Shown: positions 1 to 12,484, counted from the first letter of the whole stretch. The stretch is 63,258 bases of DNA, filler included, from Octopus bimaculoides (GCF_001194135.2; 5 parts of 5 records of this genome joined end to end with filler, not necessarily neighbours in it), one strand, 5' to 3'. The notes: a model not told the origin generated them from the sequence alone. Numbers and translations: made by a program.

Positions 1-342
1 TCTTGGAGGAGGTTAAAGTAACACATTCACAAACACACACACCCAATGGTAGATAAGAAGTCCTGACTTTCTGAAGTAAGTTAAAGCCCACATGAGAATA
101 TCCCCTGTCCTAAAAGACTGATACAAGATCCTAAACCTTCTATAAGAGTTAAGGTTCTTGTAATAACTTCACCCAGATCTGAACTCCAAAACTATTCACA
201 AGTTAAGAGGGGCTGTACTTATAAGTTAAACCTTGTGTACAAGTAGTGGTTTGTATAAATGTCATTTGATTGTCAGAAAGTATATCTATGGTTATGCATG
301 AAATACTGAATAGAAAATGCTTGAGAAATAAAATGCACTTAC

Positions 343-456
343 CTGTTTAAAACTTGAAACACTGGGGAATTCAATCAATGAATTGAAATAATAAGTTTTA
401 CCAAATGAAACCAATTCGTATTGAAATGCTGAATAAGCAAATGTTAATGAGATTAC
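343..456 (-). CDS. Candidate internal coding exon (114 nt, phase 0-0) of an unidentified gene: VISLTFAYSAFQYELVSFGKTYYFNSLIEFPSVSSFKQ
   Basis: On the minus strand: acceptor tcttattacag|G and donor CAG|gtaagt. The length is divisible by 3, one frame is open and the other two contain stops. No homology recognised. Confidence 0.5.
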
Positions 457-611
457 CTGTAATAAGATGTCTGTTTATACCAATAAAACATTTTTCGTCA
501 AATTGAAATCTTTATTAATGGGTTCGATCAACTTAACAAAAAAATGATCAGAGAAGTGAACCCGTGTCGTCTTCATTTCTGTGTATGTGCGAAAAAATTT
601 TATTTCTCTCA

Positions 612-900
612 TCATTGACAGCCATATCTATCCTCATTATTTCTGAGCAACATTCTCTGTGAATCTGGTGGATGAACTTGCAGTCTCGTTATTGCAGATG
701 CTCTTTCATGAATTGAAAACCCTAAAATGGATGCAATTGCTTCAGATGGCCCAATATATCTACCCATTAGATATTGACTAATTTCATTATCATTGTTTTG
801 GTCATTTCCCTTTAAGCATGTTCTTGATGATGTATTTAATTGACCTCATTAAGGCAACGATTTGAATGCTCTTCAAAGAGTTTCATTATAAGGCAGTGCT
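612..900 (-). mobile_element. Helitron Rep-domain relic (frameshifted)
   Basis: Minus strand reads PYNETL*RAF...RSIKYIIKNMLKG/(fs)NDQNNDNEISQYLMGRYIGPSEAIASILGFSIHERASAITRLQVHPPDSQR. This matches the Helitron pattern SIKYxxKYxxKG-D...EI-QY-xGRYxxxxEA-xxIxGFxIHER...RLxVH. Confidence 0.8.
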
Positions 901-1392
901 CTGGAACATTTTTTTCCCTTGCAATACATTTATATTCTTTTCAAAATTCGAACTATAACTAAAAAATGATATTTAGTACCCCTAGCACCAGTGTGCCGTG
1001 ACATATCATTTGTTGATTGTTTTTCTATTCTTATGAGATCCAACTCCTCACATTCTAATTGATCTTCGTCTATAATGAGGTAGTTTCTCTGTTTTCCTGC
1101 CTTTTGATTGAGATGATAGAGATTAATATTTTATTTCTAAATAAAATGGTAATTTTCCCCTCTAAGAAAAAAAAAAGTACCCATGAATCAAAAAATATAG
1201 GGACTTCGAAAGTTGCATGAATGATCAAGGGAAGAAACAAGAAAGTAAGGATAGAGGACGGCCAGCAGTAGCTATGGTGACTCCTTGGAATACCGACATT
1301 TTCAATTTCATTTTTTTTTAAGGCTAAATGACTATTTTATTTATAATCTTTATCACCATAATCAAATGACAGGAAAACAGACAAACTTTGAG

Positions 1393-1437
<45 letters not shown>

Positions 1438-1583
1438 GGACTCTCCCACCATTAAACGATGGATGAGGGATCTACAAATTCTTGCTGAACAACCACACAG
1501 ATGCATTATTTATGGTGATCAATTAAATGCTCTCCCTCAATCAAACACAATCAAATCAACTTTGGCTGTTCAAATGCTCAAGT

Positions 1584-1730
1584 AGGCCACGAGTCAGATG
1601 TCGAAATAATCACAGAGCAACGTGAAATAGTGTTTTGCTTCAGAATGCAATGTACCATCCAGTCTGGAAATCGAAACCCTGATCCCACAACTGTGAGTGT
1701 AATAACTGAACCACCAGGCCATGCACCTTC
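1584..1730 (-). mobile_element. tRNA-derived SINE head
   Basis: A-box-like TGGCCTGGTGG and B-box-like GGTTTCGATTTCC on the minus strand. Similar heads occur at about 19290 and 25190. Confidence 0.6.
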
Positions 1731-2223
1731 ACTATATGTATGTATGTAGATATTAGGTGTGGTTGTGTGGTAGGATGCTTACTTCCCAACCACATGATTC
1801 CAGATTCAGTTCTACTGCATTCCTTATAAATGTCCTGAAAGCTCCTCACAGCCTTGGCTTTGTTATCTGTTTTTGTCTAATATATATATATATGTTACAT
1901 ATTTATTATATCATGCCTTGATACTATGTGGACTAAGATCCCTGTTGACAGGCTACTTGTATTTATAGAGTGGTATTTTCGGTATGCAAATTAGGGACTC
2001 CTTCATAGAATAACTGCTGCATTTGTTGAGTATATAAACAGTTTGGCAGCTTCTTTCTATGGAGACTGTCAGAATGATGTGGATGCCTCTGATGAGAATC
2101 CAATAATGTTCAAAAATCAATTAAGGTTGTTCATAATTTTTGCAGTCTGCGGAGAAATGGCTAAAATTTGCCCTGTTTATAATTATACCATAAGTTACAT
2201 ATGTGTGTGTATGTATGTATTAA

Positions 2224-2578
2224 GGGCAAGTGTAGCTGTGTGGTAAGAAGCTTGCTTCCCAACCATATACTTCCAATCATGGTTCAGTTCCACTGTGTGG
2301 CACCTAGAGTAAGTGTCTTCTACTATAGCCTCAAGCCAACCAAAACCTTGTGTGTGAATTTGTAAGACGGAAACTGAAAGAAGCCCTTTACATGTATATA
2401 TCTGTGTGCATGTGTGTTTGTCCTTCCTCTGCTGCTGGCGTGTTTATGTCCCTGTAACTTAGCGGTTCTGCTAAAGAGACTGATAGAAAAAATATCAGTT
2501 TAAAAAAATAAGTACTGGGGTTGATTCATTTCACTAACAATTCAAAGCAGTGCCCCAGCATGGCTACAGTCTAATGAA
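2224..2578 (+). mobile_element. SINE, near full length (family A)
   Basis: GCTGTGTGGTAAGAAGCTTGCTTCCCAACC head, GGAAACTGAAAGAAGCC, internal (TG)n and a CCAGCATGGC..CAGTC tail. The same blocks recur at 11110, 15660, 23370(-) and 25925. Confidence 0.8.
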
Positions 2579-4261
2579 TTTAATTTAATTAAATTCTATG
2601 TCTTTATGCAGCTGAGGATTACTCTGCATCTAAATTGATGTAATGGTTGCATTGTTCAATTAAATGGAGTTGTGTGAAACGATTGTACTGTATTACCTCT
2701 GGATATCCTTGTTGCTTATTTTGATTTTAATCACCTAACTTTGAAATTATATGGATAATACTCTACTAAATTCTGGTGCCTCAACTTAAGTACCATATTC
2801 ATCTGAATCTATCTATCTATCTATCTATCTATCTATATATATATATATATANNNNNNNNNNNNNNNNNNNNNNNNNNNNNNNNNNNNNNNNNNNNNNNNN
2901 NNNNNNNNNNNNNNNNNNNNNNNNNNNNNNNNNNNNNNNNNNNNNNNNNNNNNNNNNNNNNNNNNNNNNNNNNNNNNNNNNNNNNNNNNNNNNNNNNNNN
3001 NNNNNNNNNNNNNNNNNNNNNNNNNNNNNNNNNNNNNNNNNNNNNNNNNNNNNNNNNNNNNNNNNNNNNNNNNNNNNNNNNNNNNNNNNNNNNNNNNNNN
3101 NNNNNNNNNNNNNNNNNNNNNNNNNNNNNNNNNNNNNNNNNNNNNNNNNNNNNNNNNNNNNNNNNNNNNNNNNNNNNNNNNNNNNNNNNNNNNNNNNNNN
3201 NNNNNNNNNNNNNNNNNNNNNNNNNNNNNNNNNNNNNNNNNNNNNNNNNNNNNNNNNNNNNNNNNNNNNNNNNNNNNNNNCATTACATACATACAGGAAC
3301 ATAAAAGCATACACATATACATACATACTTCTAGATTCATATACACATATATACATACATGCACACACACATACATACACATTTCTAGATTCATATACAC
3401 ACGCATACATACACATATAGGTATATACATATATATATGCATACATACATACAGAAACAAACATATGTACATACTACTAGATTCATATTCACACACACAC
3501 ATACATACACATTACTAGATTCATATACACACATGCATATATACATATGTGCATACTTACATATAGAATCATAAACAGAAACACATATATGCACATGTAT
3601 AGAACCACGTATGCAGATAAAACATTCACTCTGCTGTCATTTTTGAATATTCTCTGAACAAAACTATTGATCACCTTCACATAATGATAAATTGCATTAA
3701 TGCAATTTATCGTGTGCAACATTGCTGTAGCATACAACATTGCAGTGCATTCGTGCAGGACATTATAGCAGCATGTACTAGTGGGATGCACTGATGCAGA
3801 GCACACCTGCAAGTCACAGTTGCTCTGAAGTCTGCATCATGTGCAATATTGATGCACAATAACTCTGTTTTTATTTTCACTTTTAGCTTCTACCTTTTAT
3901 GGTTTAACCTTTTGCTTGTTTCAGTAAGTGAACTGTGACCATGCTGGAGTACCACCTTGAGGGGGTTTAGTAAAAAGAAAAATGGATCCTGTTTATTCTT
4001 TTTTTTTTTAAGGTCTGGGGCGTATTCTATGGGGAGGGGGATTGCCAAACTGCTAAGTTATGGCATGACTAAATTATGTCAAGCAGTTGGATGAAGAGGA
4101 CAAACAGAAAGACATACACACACACAAAAACACACATGCATGCATACATACATATGTACATATATCTTTTATCTTTTAGTTGTTTCCGCCATTAGATCAT
4201 GGGAATACTGGACACCGCCTTGGAAAATTTTAAGCCTGGTATTTATTCTATCAGACTAACC

Positions 4262-4615
4262 AGGTTAGTAGTGGAGGTGGTTGTTCGAAGAGTGTAGCTG
4301 TGAGAATAAGATTAGGCTGGACAAAGTTCAGAGAGCTCTTACCCCTGCTGGTAACAAAGGGCCTCTCTCTTTGATGCCTGTGTGCAAACAGCTATGCTAC
4401 ATGGCAGTGAAACATGGGCTATGACAGCCAAGAACATGTGCAGGCTTGAGAGAAATGAAGCCAGTAATGCTTCGCTGGATGTGCAATGTCAGTGTACATG
4501 CTCAACAAAGTGTAAGCATCTTGAGAGAAAAGTTAGGCATATGAGGAATCAGATGTGGTGTGCAAGAGAGAAGACTGTGCTGGTATGGTCATGTGATGCA
4601 TATGGATGAAGACAA
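4262..4615 (+). mobile_element. RTE-clade LINE, RT C-terminal fragment
   Basis: RIRLGWTKFRELLPLL...QTAMLHGSETWAMTAKNMCRLERNEAS...WYGHV-like motifs; homologous to 8872-9380. Confidence 0.85.
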
Positions 4616-5103
4616 GACAGTTTTATTTACTTTTTTATTCAATGTCTATTGAAGCCATTTTAAGTTTAAAATGCCTGGAAATTCACTGTAATTCTATACA
4701 TTGTAGGCAATGAGATTTGGCTGGTATGCAGCAAGTGGACAGCTGTCTCTGAAGAGACTAAGTACACTGGCAATTCCAGTGCTGATAGCAGATGGTTCTC
4801 ATCTGCCAATGATATAAATATGTGTGCTTTTATCCACTGTGCATCCATATGACAGGATCTCTCAAAGCAAATACTCCAGTATTTGGTACTTTAACAAAAC
4901 ATCTATATTAATTTGGATATAAAGATTGCCTTTTGATGTTGATACTGTTTCTATCACGAATAATTATATATGTGTGTGTGTCATTGTGTTTGTGGTTATC
5001 CCTCACCGCTGCCTGACAGCTGGTGTTGATTTGTTTTCATCCCTGCAACATAGCAGTTTAGTAAAAGAGATTGATAGAATATGTAATATTTGTTCAACTA
5101 AAC

Positions 5104-5435
5104 CAAGGGTTCTCAACCATTTTTTATCTATGGATCCCCTTTGATTGCTATTTTATTCTGATGGACTCTCCATAGCCATTTGATGTTTAAAGGTAGTTTT
5201 ATAGATACTTCTTTCAAAATTTTTATTTCGTTTATCACACATTAACTTGTGTAGGTTAAACTATGAATAATGTTAGAAAAAGAAACCTAGTTGTTTCTTG
5301 CAATACATACCAATACATACATCTAAAGCAAATTTTTTTTCAGGAGCCCTTAAAATATTATTGTGGGCCCCCAATTTATTATTTTGTTGTGTGAGCCTCC
5401 AAAAGCCTTATATGGACCCCAGTTAAGAACCACTT
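5104..5435. mobile_element. hAT-type MITE inserted in a SINE tail
   Basis: Termini CAAGGGTTCTCAACC ... AGTTAAGAACCACTT are imperfect inverted repeats. The flanking 8-mers AACTAAAC (5096-5103) and AACTAAGC (5436-5443) match 7/8, fitting an 8-bp TSD. Confidence 0.7.
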
Positions 5436-5479
5436 AACTAAGCCAACATTCCAGCATGATGACAGTCCCATGACTAAAA

Positions 5480-6378
5480 CAATCATAGAACTAGAAACAG
5501 TTTCAGGCGAGTTGGTATCAACAGGATTCACAATCTCATTGCTGTGTTTCTGTTGAAATACAATTGCCTTTGTTTCTAGTCATTTTGAAAATAATGAACA
5601 ATTTAATAAAATAACTTTGACATTATGAATTTTGTGTTTGGAACATTAATGAACATAAAATTTTAAGGGAAAATTTAAATTTAGATCACTTCAACTCTTT
5701 TGTTACCAGATTTCTGTTGAAATACTCTGCCTTTGTTTTACTTAATTTTGAAAAGAATAAAGAACTTAATAAAATAACTTTGACATTAATGACTTGTGGG
5801 GACACCATATTTCATTATGCAACCATAATATACTACAAAGTATATTAAATGATTTGTAAGTCAATACTGTGTTCTACTGTGTTAGCAGTGCTATTAAGCC
5901 ACTTGCTAAGTTTATCTTTACAGATTGTTTTCATTAGGCTTATTCGGATATGAAATGTCGTAACAAATCGATGTTGGTTATAATTTCTATAGAAAGTCTG
6001 TAGAGATAACCTTAACAAATTATTAAGTATGTATTTTGGAACAGAAATGAATGTGAAGTTTTGATGGGAGAAGGTTAAGTTGCTTTAAAACAGGGAGTTT
6101 GTATCCATAGAACGAGGGGCAGTCTCAAGGAGATTCTGATAAAAAATTTTAATGCTTATGTTACTATATTTCTATTGAGACAGACTGCTTTTGTTTCAGT
6201 TAATTTTCAAAGATTATGTAGAATTCAGTAAAATATCTTTGCCATTTATAAAATAATGTTTGGAACATAAATTATCCTGAAATTTCAATGAAAGGTTTTA
6301 GTTTAAAACGTTTTAAACAGGAAGTTACCATCATAGACCTAGGGGCAGTGTCAGGCAAGTTAGTATCAAAAGGGTTAA
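5480..6378. repeat. Array of degenerate ~200-bp units, possibly a piggyBac-like (TTAA) MITE family
   Basis: Repeated blocks TTTCTGTTGAAATAC..GCCTTTGTTT, AAAATAACTTTGACATT, TTTGGAACA and GGGGCAGT..CAGGC; the array ends in ATCAAAAGGGTTAA. Confidence 0.5.
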
Positions 6379-6994
6379 ACGAAATAACATTAGATTGAAT
6401 AATGTTCTCCTACCAGTAAAAACTGCTTTTATTAACAGTGACTGTCATCATTTATTCTGTTCTTTCAACTCTTCTCTTACAAACACTTTATCATGCTACG
6501 TGTTACGTTAATATATCTGGCAGCCATTTTCCTCTTAACTTGTCAGTTCTGTGTCTGATGATTTCAGCTTTGATATATGAGGAAAGGATTTGAATGTACA
6601 GATGGCTTCTTTATTCTTTTCACTGATTTCGGTCACTGGACTATGGCCATGCTGGATTGCTACTGTCCACGATGTTAACCAATCATATCAAACCAGTATT
6701 TATTTTAACATTCCATTCTTGCTCAAATGCTACTTATGGGACAAGAATACACAATATAAGCTACAGTAACACCAGATTTTAGCACAATGTGGAGAGTAGA
6801 TTAAAATGTAGTGTTATAAACTCTCATTAACCTTGTGAGGAGGTATCAAAGTCCATCACAAATGCTAATTATTTCAGTCATCTTTCTTCCAGTGTCATTC
6901 CTTATTTTATTATCTTGGCAATGGAATGCTGAATGCATTGACCAAGTATCATGTGTTAAGTCTAGTAATTTACCTAATAGCTAATGTGAGTGAG

Positions 6995-7035
<41 letters not shown>

Positions 7036-8087
7036 NNNNNNNNNNNNNNNNNNNNNNNNNNNNNNNNNNNNNNNNNNNNNNNNNNNNNNNNNNNNNNNNN
7101 NNNNNNNNNNNNNNNNNNNNNNNNNNNNNNNNNNNNNNNNNNNNNNNNNNNNNNNNNNNNNNNNNNNNNNNNNNNNNNNNNNNNNNNNNNNNNNNNNNNN
7201 NNNNNNNNNNNNNNNNNNNNNNNNNNNNNNNNNNNNNNNNNNNNNNNNNNNNNNNNNNNNNNNNNNNNNNNNNNNNNNNNNNNNNNNNNNNNNNNNNNNN
7301 NNNNNNNNNNNNNNNNNNNNNNNNNNNNNNNNNNNNNNNNNNNNNNNNNNNNNNNNNNNNNNNNNNNNNNNNNNNNNNNNNNNNNNNNNNNNNNNNNNNN
7401 NNNNNNNNNNNNNNNNNNNNNNNNNNNNNNNNNNNNNNNNNNNNNNNNNNNNNNNNNNNNNNNNNNNNNNNNNNNNNNNNNNNNNNNNNNNNNNNNNNNN
7501 NNNNNNNNNNNNNNNNNNNNNNNNNNNNNNNNNNNNNNNNNNNNNNNNNNNNNNNNNNNNNNNNNNNNNNNNNNNNNNNNNNNNNNNNNNNNNNNNNNNN
7601 NNNNNNNNNNNNNNNNNNNNNNNNNNNNNNNNNNNNNNNNNNNNNNNNNNNNNNNNNNNNNNNNNNNNNNNNNNNNNNNNNNNNNNNNNNNNNNNNNNNN
7701 NNNNNNNNNNNNNNNNNNNNNNNNNNNNNNNNNNNNNNNNNNNNNNNNNNNNNNNNNNNNNNNNNNNNNNNNNNACACACGAGTTGATATATTTGGGGAA
7801 GTTAAAAGAAAAGTTTTTTAAAAGTATATTTTCATAGTATTCAAATACAAGGGTCATTTTCCTTGTTTCTGCCTATCTCTGTCTCTCTTGTTTACTCTTG
7901 TGGGTTCAAGGTCATTGTGTTAAAATCATTATAAGATGAGTCTCCTCTGAGGTAGTAAAGATATACCGATTAGAAATACATGTTGAGATAATGGCTATAA
8001 ATATATATATATATATACATATATGTATATATATAACATCATGGTATAGCATAGAATATTATTGGCATTAGGAAGAGTATCCAGCCA

Positions 8088-8146
<59 letters not shown>

Positions 8147-8871
8147 ACATATATCAACATTTATATATATTTGTATTGAGCTCCTTATTTTTATATAGAA
8201 CCAGTTGTTTATGTCTAGAATAAATATGGCAGTCATCTCAGTAGAAATCTTTCAGGACAAGGCAAAATGAATTGTTGTTTCGTCATAATCCAAAGTGAAG
8301 AAAAATATGTTTCATTGATAAGTATCTAGACAAAACATGTGTTTACAAAGTTGCCTGTATCAGTAACTGCAAGCAATTCACATTTGTAAAGTGCTCAACT
8401 TCCCATGGATTGGGCTGATAAATACTGTAATTCTGTATCAGAAAGTAATCAATGTTGTGGCTATGTGAAACATTGTTGCTTCATTCAGAGTGTTTAACAC
8501 TGTGGAAAAGTTGTAAACATTACATTGAATAAAAGAGCTATTTAAATATGTGTGTGTGTGGTTGTATATGTAGATATATTGCAAACGCCACTGCCTGCAT
8601 TACTAGACATATAACAGCTTATTTATCTAATAACATCTCTTATCAATGGATACAATGTTTTGCTTTCATAACTGCTTGGGAAAGTATTGAAAAGAGAATT
8701 TTTAATCATGTTGTCAATGTATAAAGCTGTCATATCAGCATGAAACAGTGAGGACCGAGGCAAAATGAATGGTCATTTCACTGTAAACTGAAAACATGAA
8801 AAATACACTTTGTTGGAAAATATAGAGACAAAAAGTTTACTTAGGAATTCTTTTATATAAGTATGTATTTG

Positions 8872-9380
8872 TGAAAAACTGGACGTAGTTGATAGCTTCC
8901 GATATCTGGGTGACCAAGTTAGTAGTGGGGGTGGGTGCGCTGAAAGTGTAGCTGCTAGAATAAGAATAGCCTGGGCAAAGTTTAGAGAGCTCTTACCTCT
9001 GCTGGCAACAAAGGGCCTCTCACTCAGAGTAAAAGGCAGACTGTATGACGCATTTGTACAAACAGCCATGCTACATGGCAGTGAAACATGGGCCATGACT
9101 GCTGAAGATATGCGTAAGCTCGCAAGGATAGAAGCCAGTATGCTCCGATGGATGAGTAATGTCAGTGTGCATACCAGACAGTGTAAGTATCTTGAGAGAA
9201 AAGTTGGACCTAAGAAGCATCAGTTGTGGTGTGCAAGAGAGATGGTTGTGCTGGTATGGACATGTCATTGCCTCGGTGAGGCCTAATGTTCTAAGGTTGT
9301 GCTTCACCACCTCATCCCAGGTCTTCCTGGGTCTACCTTTTCCACAGGTTCTCTCAACCACTAGGGTGTGGCACTTAACA
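8872..9380 (+). mobile_element. RTE-clade LINE fragment with an inverted 3' segment
   Basis: Plus strand: EKLDVVDSFRYLGDQVSSGGGCAESVAARIRIAWAKFRELLPLL...MLHGSETWAM...WYGHV. Bases 9261-9380 read VKCHTLVVERTCGKGRPRKTWDEVVKHNLRTLGLTEAMT on the minus strand. Confidence 0.9.
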
Positions 9381-9997
9381 AGTTTTATATCTTTCTTTTA
9401 CCTCTTCCCTTCAGCTAAGTGTGACACACACCATAGGTACATACATATGTAACTACGTAAGTATTAGCATATTAATATAACAATTTTTATAACTTGGAAA
9501 TAAATTTGGAAATAATCGAAATAAATTGCAAAATCCAGCATAAGTCGCCCATAAAATAGAAATAATTATTTGTATGAAAAGTAAGGACCTATGTACTGTG
9601 AATTGTCTTTAAATTAAATGGCAGCAGAAGAATTATTGTTGAACTTTTAAAAGGTAGGCTTAAATATTATTGTAATACTTACATGTAGTGATCAACTTTC
9701 AGTTCTTCTGTAGTTTATTCTTGCCTATCACATACGGCAGCAGTGTACCTTGTAAAAATAAATCTCCGCCAACAGAGGACCAGATTGCTATCAAAAGAAC
9801 CAAAGCTGCAGTGAGGAAAAAAAAGTCCCATGTGAATGAAAACCCAAATCAAATGACAGCCATGAGATCTTTCAATGCTGAGAATATGCAAATACTTAGG
9901 GATTCAATGCATGAAGTGTCATTGTTGGACCCAAGGCCCAATCAAGAACCCTTCGCAGGAGCTAGCTAAAAAGCTGCCCTATCAGGCAGCTTTTGAG

Positions 9998-10038
<41 letters not shown>

Positions 10039-11109
10039 TAGTGTGGNNNNNNNNNNTTCCCAGTCATGTAGTGTTGTTTGTCCACCACCATCACCACCAC
10101 CACACTTGGCAATTGGTATGCAAGAGACCAAGAGAACAAGTACTACACATAAAAAAATGAATACTGGGTCTGATTTACATTACTTACATTCGATGGGTAT
10201 TTGTCCTCATCTTGTTTGTTGTTGCCCACGGGCATATGGCATAGTGGTTAAGAGCGCAGGCTACTAACCCCAATATTCCGAGTTTGATTCCAAGCAGTGA
10301 CCTGAACACTAACAATGGGTCTGATTTGATGTATGTATGTATGTATGTATAAATATATATGTGTGTTAATGTAACATCATTGTATACAGAACAAGAGAGA
10401 GAAAGGGAATTAGTGAAGTTTTCTAAAATATTTAAATATTTCAACAACACTTCCATTAACGGATTAGTCTGTTGATTAATGGCGTCCTTCCTGTTTTGTT
10501 CATTGCTCAAGATTTCAGATTTGATAACACACAGTTGTGACATAAGCCAGCAACCCAGTGAGAACAGGTAGAAATGTGAATTTATATTCCAGCTGCTCTA
10601 GAATCAGCAACTTTCCATTAGTATTAGATCGCTATAGGTGTTCTATTTCCTATTCCAGGAATGGTATTTACCTCTGCCAGTCAATTAAGTTTCATTCGGC
10701 TGAAATAGGACAATATATAGGTTTTTAATTTGGTATTTTAAGCAACTCTTCACCCAATGCCTAAAATTTGCATCATATTTTGTTTGAATATGTTATATGT
10801 AGGCACAGTGAGGCTTGTGGCATAGGGTATTCAGCTCACAGTTGTAAGTTCATCAGTTCAATACCTGACAAGACACTTTATTCCACCTTCCTCCAGTCCA
10901 CTCAGCTGGCGAAAATGAGTAACACCTGCATTTCAAAGGACTAGCCTTTTCACATTTTGTGCCACACTGAATCTCTTTTAGAACTATGTAAAGGGTATGC
11001 GTATCTGTGGAGTACTCAGCCACTTGCATGTTGATTTCACAAGCAGGCTGTTCTGTTGATCGAATCAACTGGAAAGCTCATCGTTGTAACCAACAGAGTA
11101 TCAGTTCTA

Positions 11110-11510
11110 TAGGCACTGTCATGGCTGTGTGGTAGGAAGCTTGCTTCCCAACCACATGATTCTAGGTTCAGTTCAATTGCGTGGCACCTTGGGCAAATGT
11201 CTTCTACTATAGCCTCAGGCCAACCAAAGCCTTGTGAGTAGAATTGGTGGATGGAAACTGAAAGAAGCCTGTTGTATATATTTATGGAGATGTGTGTGTG
11301 TCTGTGTTTGTCCCCTACCATTGCTTAAGAACCAGTGTTGGTGTGTTTACATCCCTGCAACTTAGTGGTCCAGCAAAAAGTGACCGATAGAATAAATACC
11401 AGCTTTTAAAAGAAAAATAAGCACTGGCATTGATTTATTTGACTATAAATTCTTCAAGGCTGTGCCCCAGCATGGCCACAGTATAATGACTGAAACAAGT
11501 AAAAGAAAAA
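11110..11510 (+). mobile_element. SINE, near full length (family A)
   Basis: Same head, core and tail blocks as 2224-2578. Confidence 0.8.
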
Positions 11511-11549
11511 AGGATATATATTCTTTTATTCTTTTACTTGTTTCAGTAA

Positions 11550-12000
11550 ACACCTTATTAGAATGAAGGATAGCAGGATTCCTAAGCAGATGCTATATGG
11601 AGAACTTGTGAATGGAAGGAGACTCTGGCAGAAACTAAGACTGCGATTTAAGGACTGTGTCAAGTCCTCATTAAAGACCTGTGATATGCAGGACACTGAC
11701 TGGGAGAATAATGCCTGTCATTGCCACAGATGGAGAGAGCAGGTTAAGGAGGGGATCAACACTTTTGAGAGAGCACGTATCCAGCATGAAGTACTTAAGC
11801 GAGCTGTACGAAAGCGCATGGCTCGTATAGTGAATGGGGAAAGCTTGGTCTGCAATGTTTGCAGTCATGTATGCTTGTCAAGAGCAGGGCTCATTAGCCA
11901 CCAACAGAGCTGCAAATGCAAAATATAACTTAGTCCTAGTGCGTACAATGTTCCTGAAGGTCAGCAATGGTCTTCCTCGGTCACGAGTGGACGGCCATCA
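11550..12000 (+). mobile_element. RTE (BovB-like) LINE 3' end with a terminal Zn-finger-like motif
   Basis: ORF 11563-11928: IPKQMLYGEL..G.R...RLRFKDCVKSSLK...W.......RWR..VKEG...FE...CNVCSHVCLSRAGLISHQQSC. Confidence 0.85.
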
Positions 12001-12014
12001 TGTATGTATGTATG

Positions 12015-12381
12015 TGTGCAGATTTATATGATTTGTTTTATGTAATCTCATGCATATAGTTGCATATGTAGACATGCTCATATACACTTAAATGATAAAC
12101 TTCTGGAAAGTTTTACATATTTTTACAGTTCCAGTGATGGATTGGATCCGTAATCTTCGAATCAGCTTTCTTCTTTCTGGCTTTGAGAAGCCTAATTTCT
12201 CAAGATTGGTATTTAGGTAGTGTGTTACATATCCCAGTGCCCCAATAATTACAGGTATGAACCTGAACTTGTAATCTGGATAGAGTAACTGCAGATTCCT
12301 CAATAGTTCAGCGTAGGTATTTTCTTTTACGCTGATCTTTAGCTTTATATTAACATCCACTGGGCAGCTGATTTCCACTAT
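12015..12381 (-). mobile_element. 5'-truncated R4/R2-type non-LTR element: RLE endonuclease tail plus 3' UTR
   Basis: ORF 12088-12378: (IV)EISCPVDVNIKLKISVKENTYAEL...FIPVIIGALG...GTVKICK. This is the E/D-x-S-C-P-x-D...K...Y...PVIIGALG signature of RLE elements. Confidence 0.8.
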
Positions 12382-12484
12382 CTATGTATATATGTGTGTG
12401 TATGTATATTTCTTGTGCCTTTTTTATCTTCACTTTCTATAATGTTCAATAATGGAGACTGATTTCTTTTTATTCTCTTTACAG

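Noticed and set aside
1584-1730. tRNA genes suggested by A/B boxes
   Set aside because: No cloverleaf, and each continues into SINE body sequence.
2088-2100. Other CTGATGA words (about 2090, 6555, 48070) as hammerheads
   Set aside because: No properly placed stem II, GAAA or stem I partner.
2003-2246. Open frame GLLHRITAAFVEYINSLAASFYG... as an exon
   Set aside because: Weak acceptor, no good donor, runs into a microsatellite, and no recognisable homology.
10649-10700. Minus-strand 28-nt segment with good splice signals
   Set aside because: All three frames contain stops and there is no supporting context.
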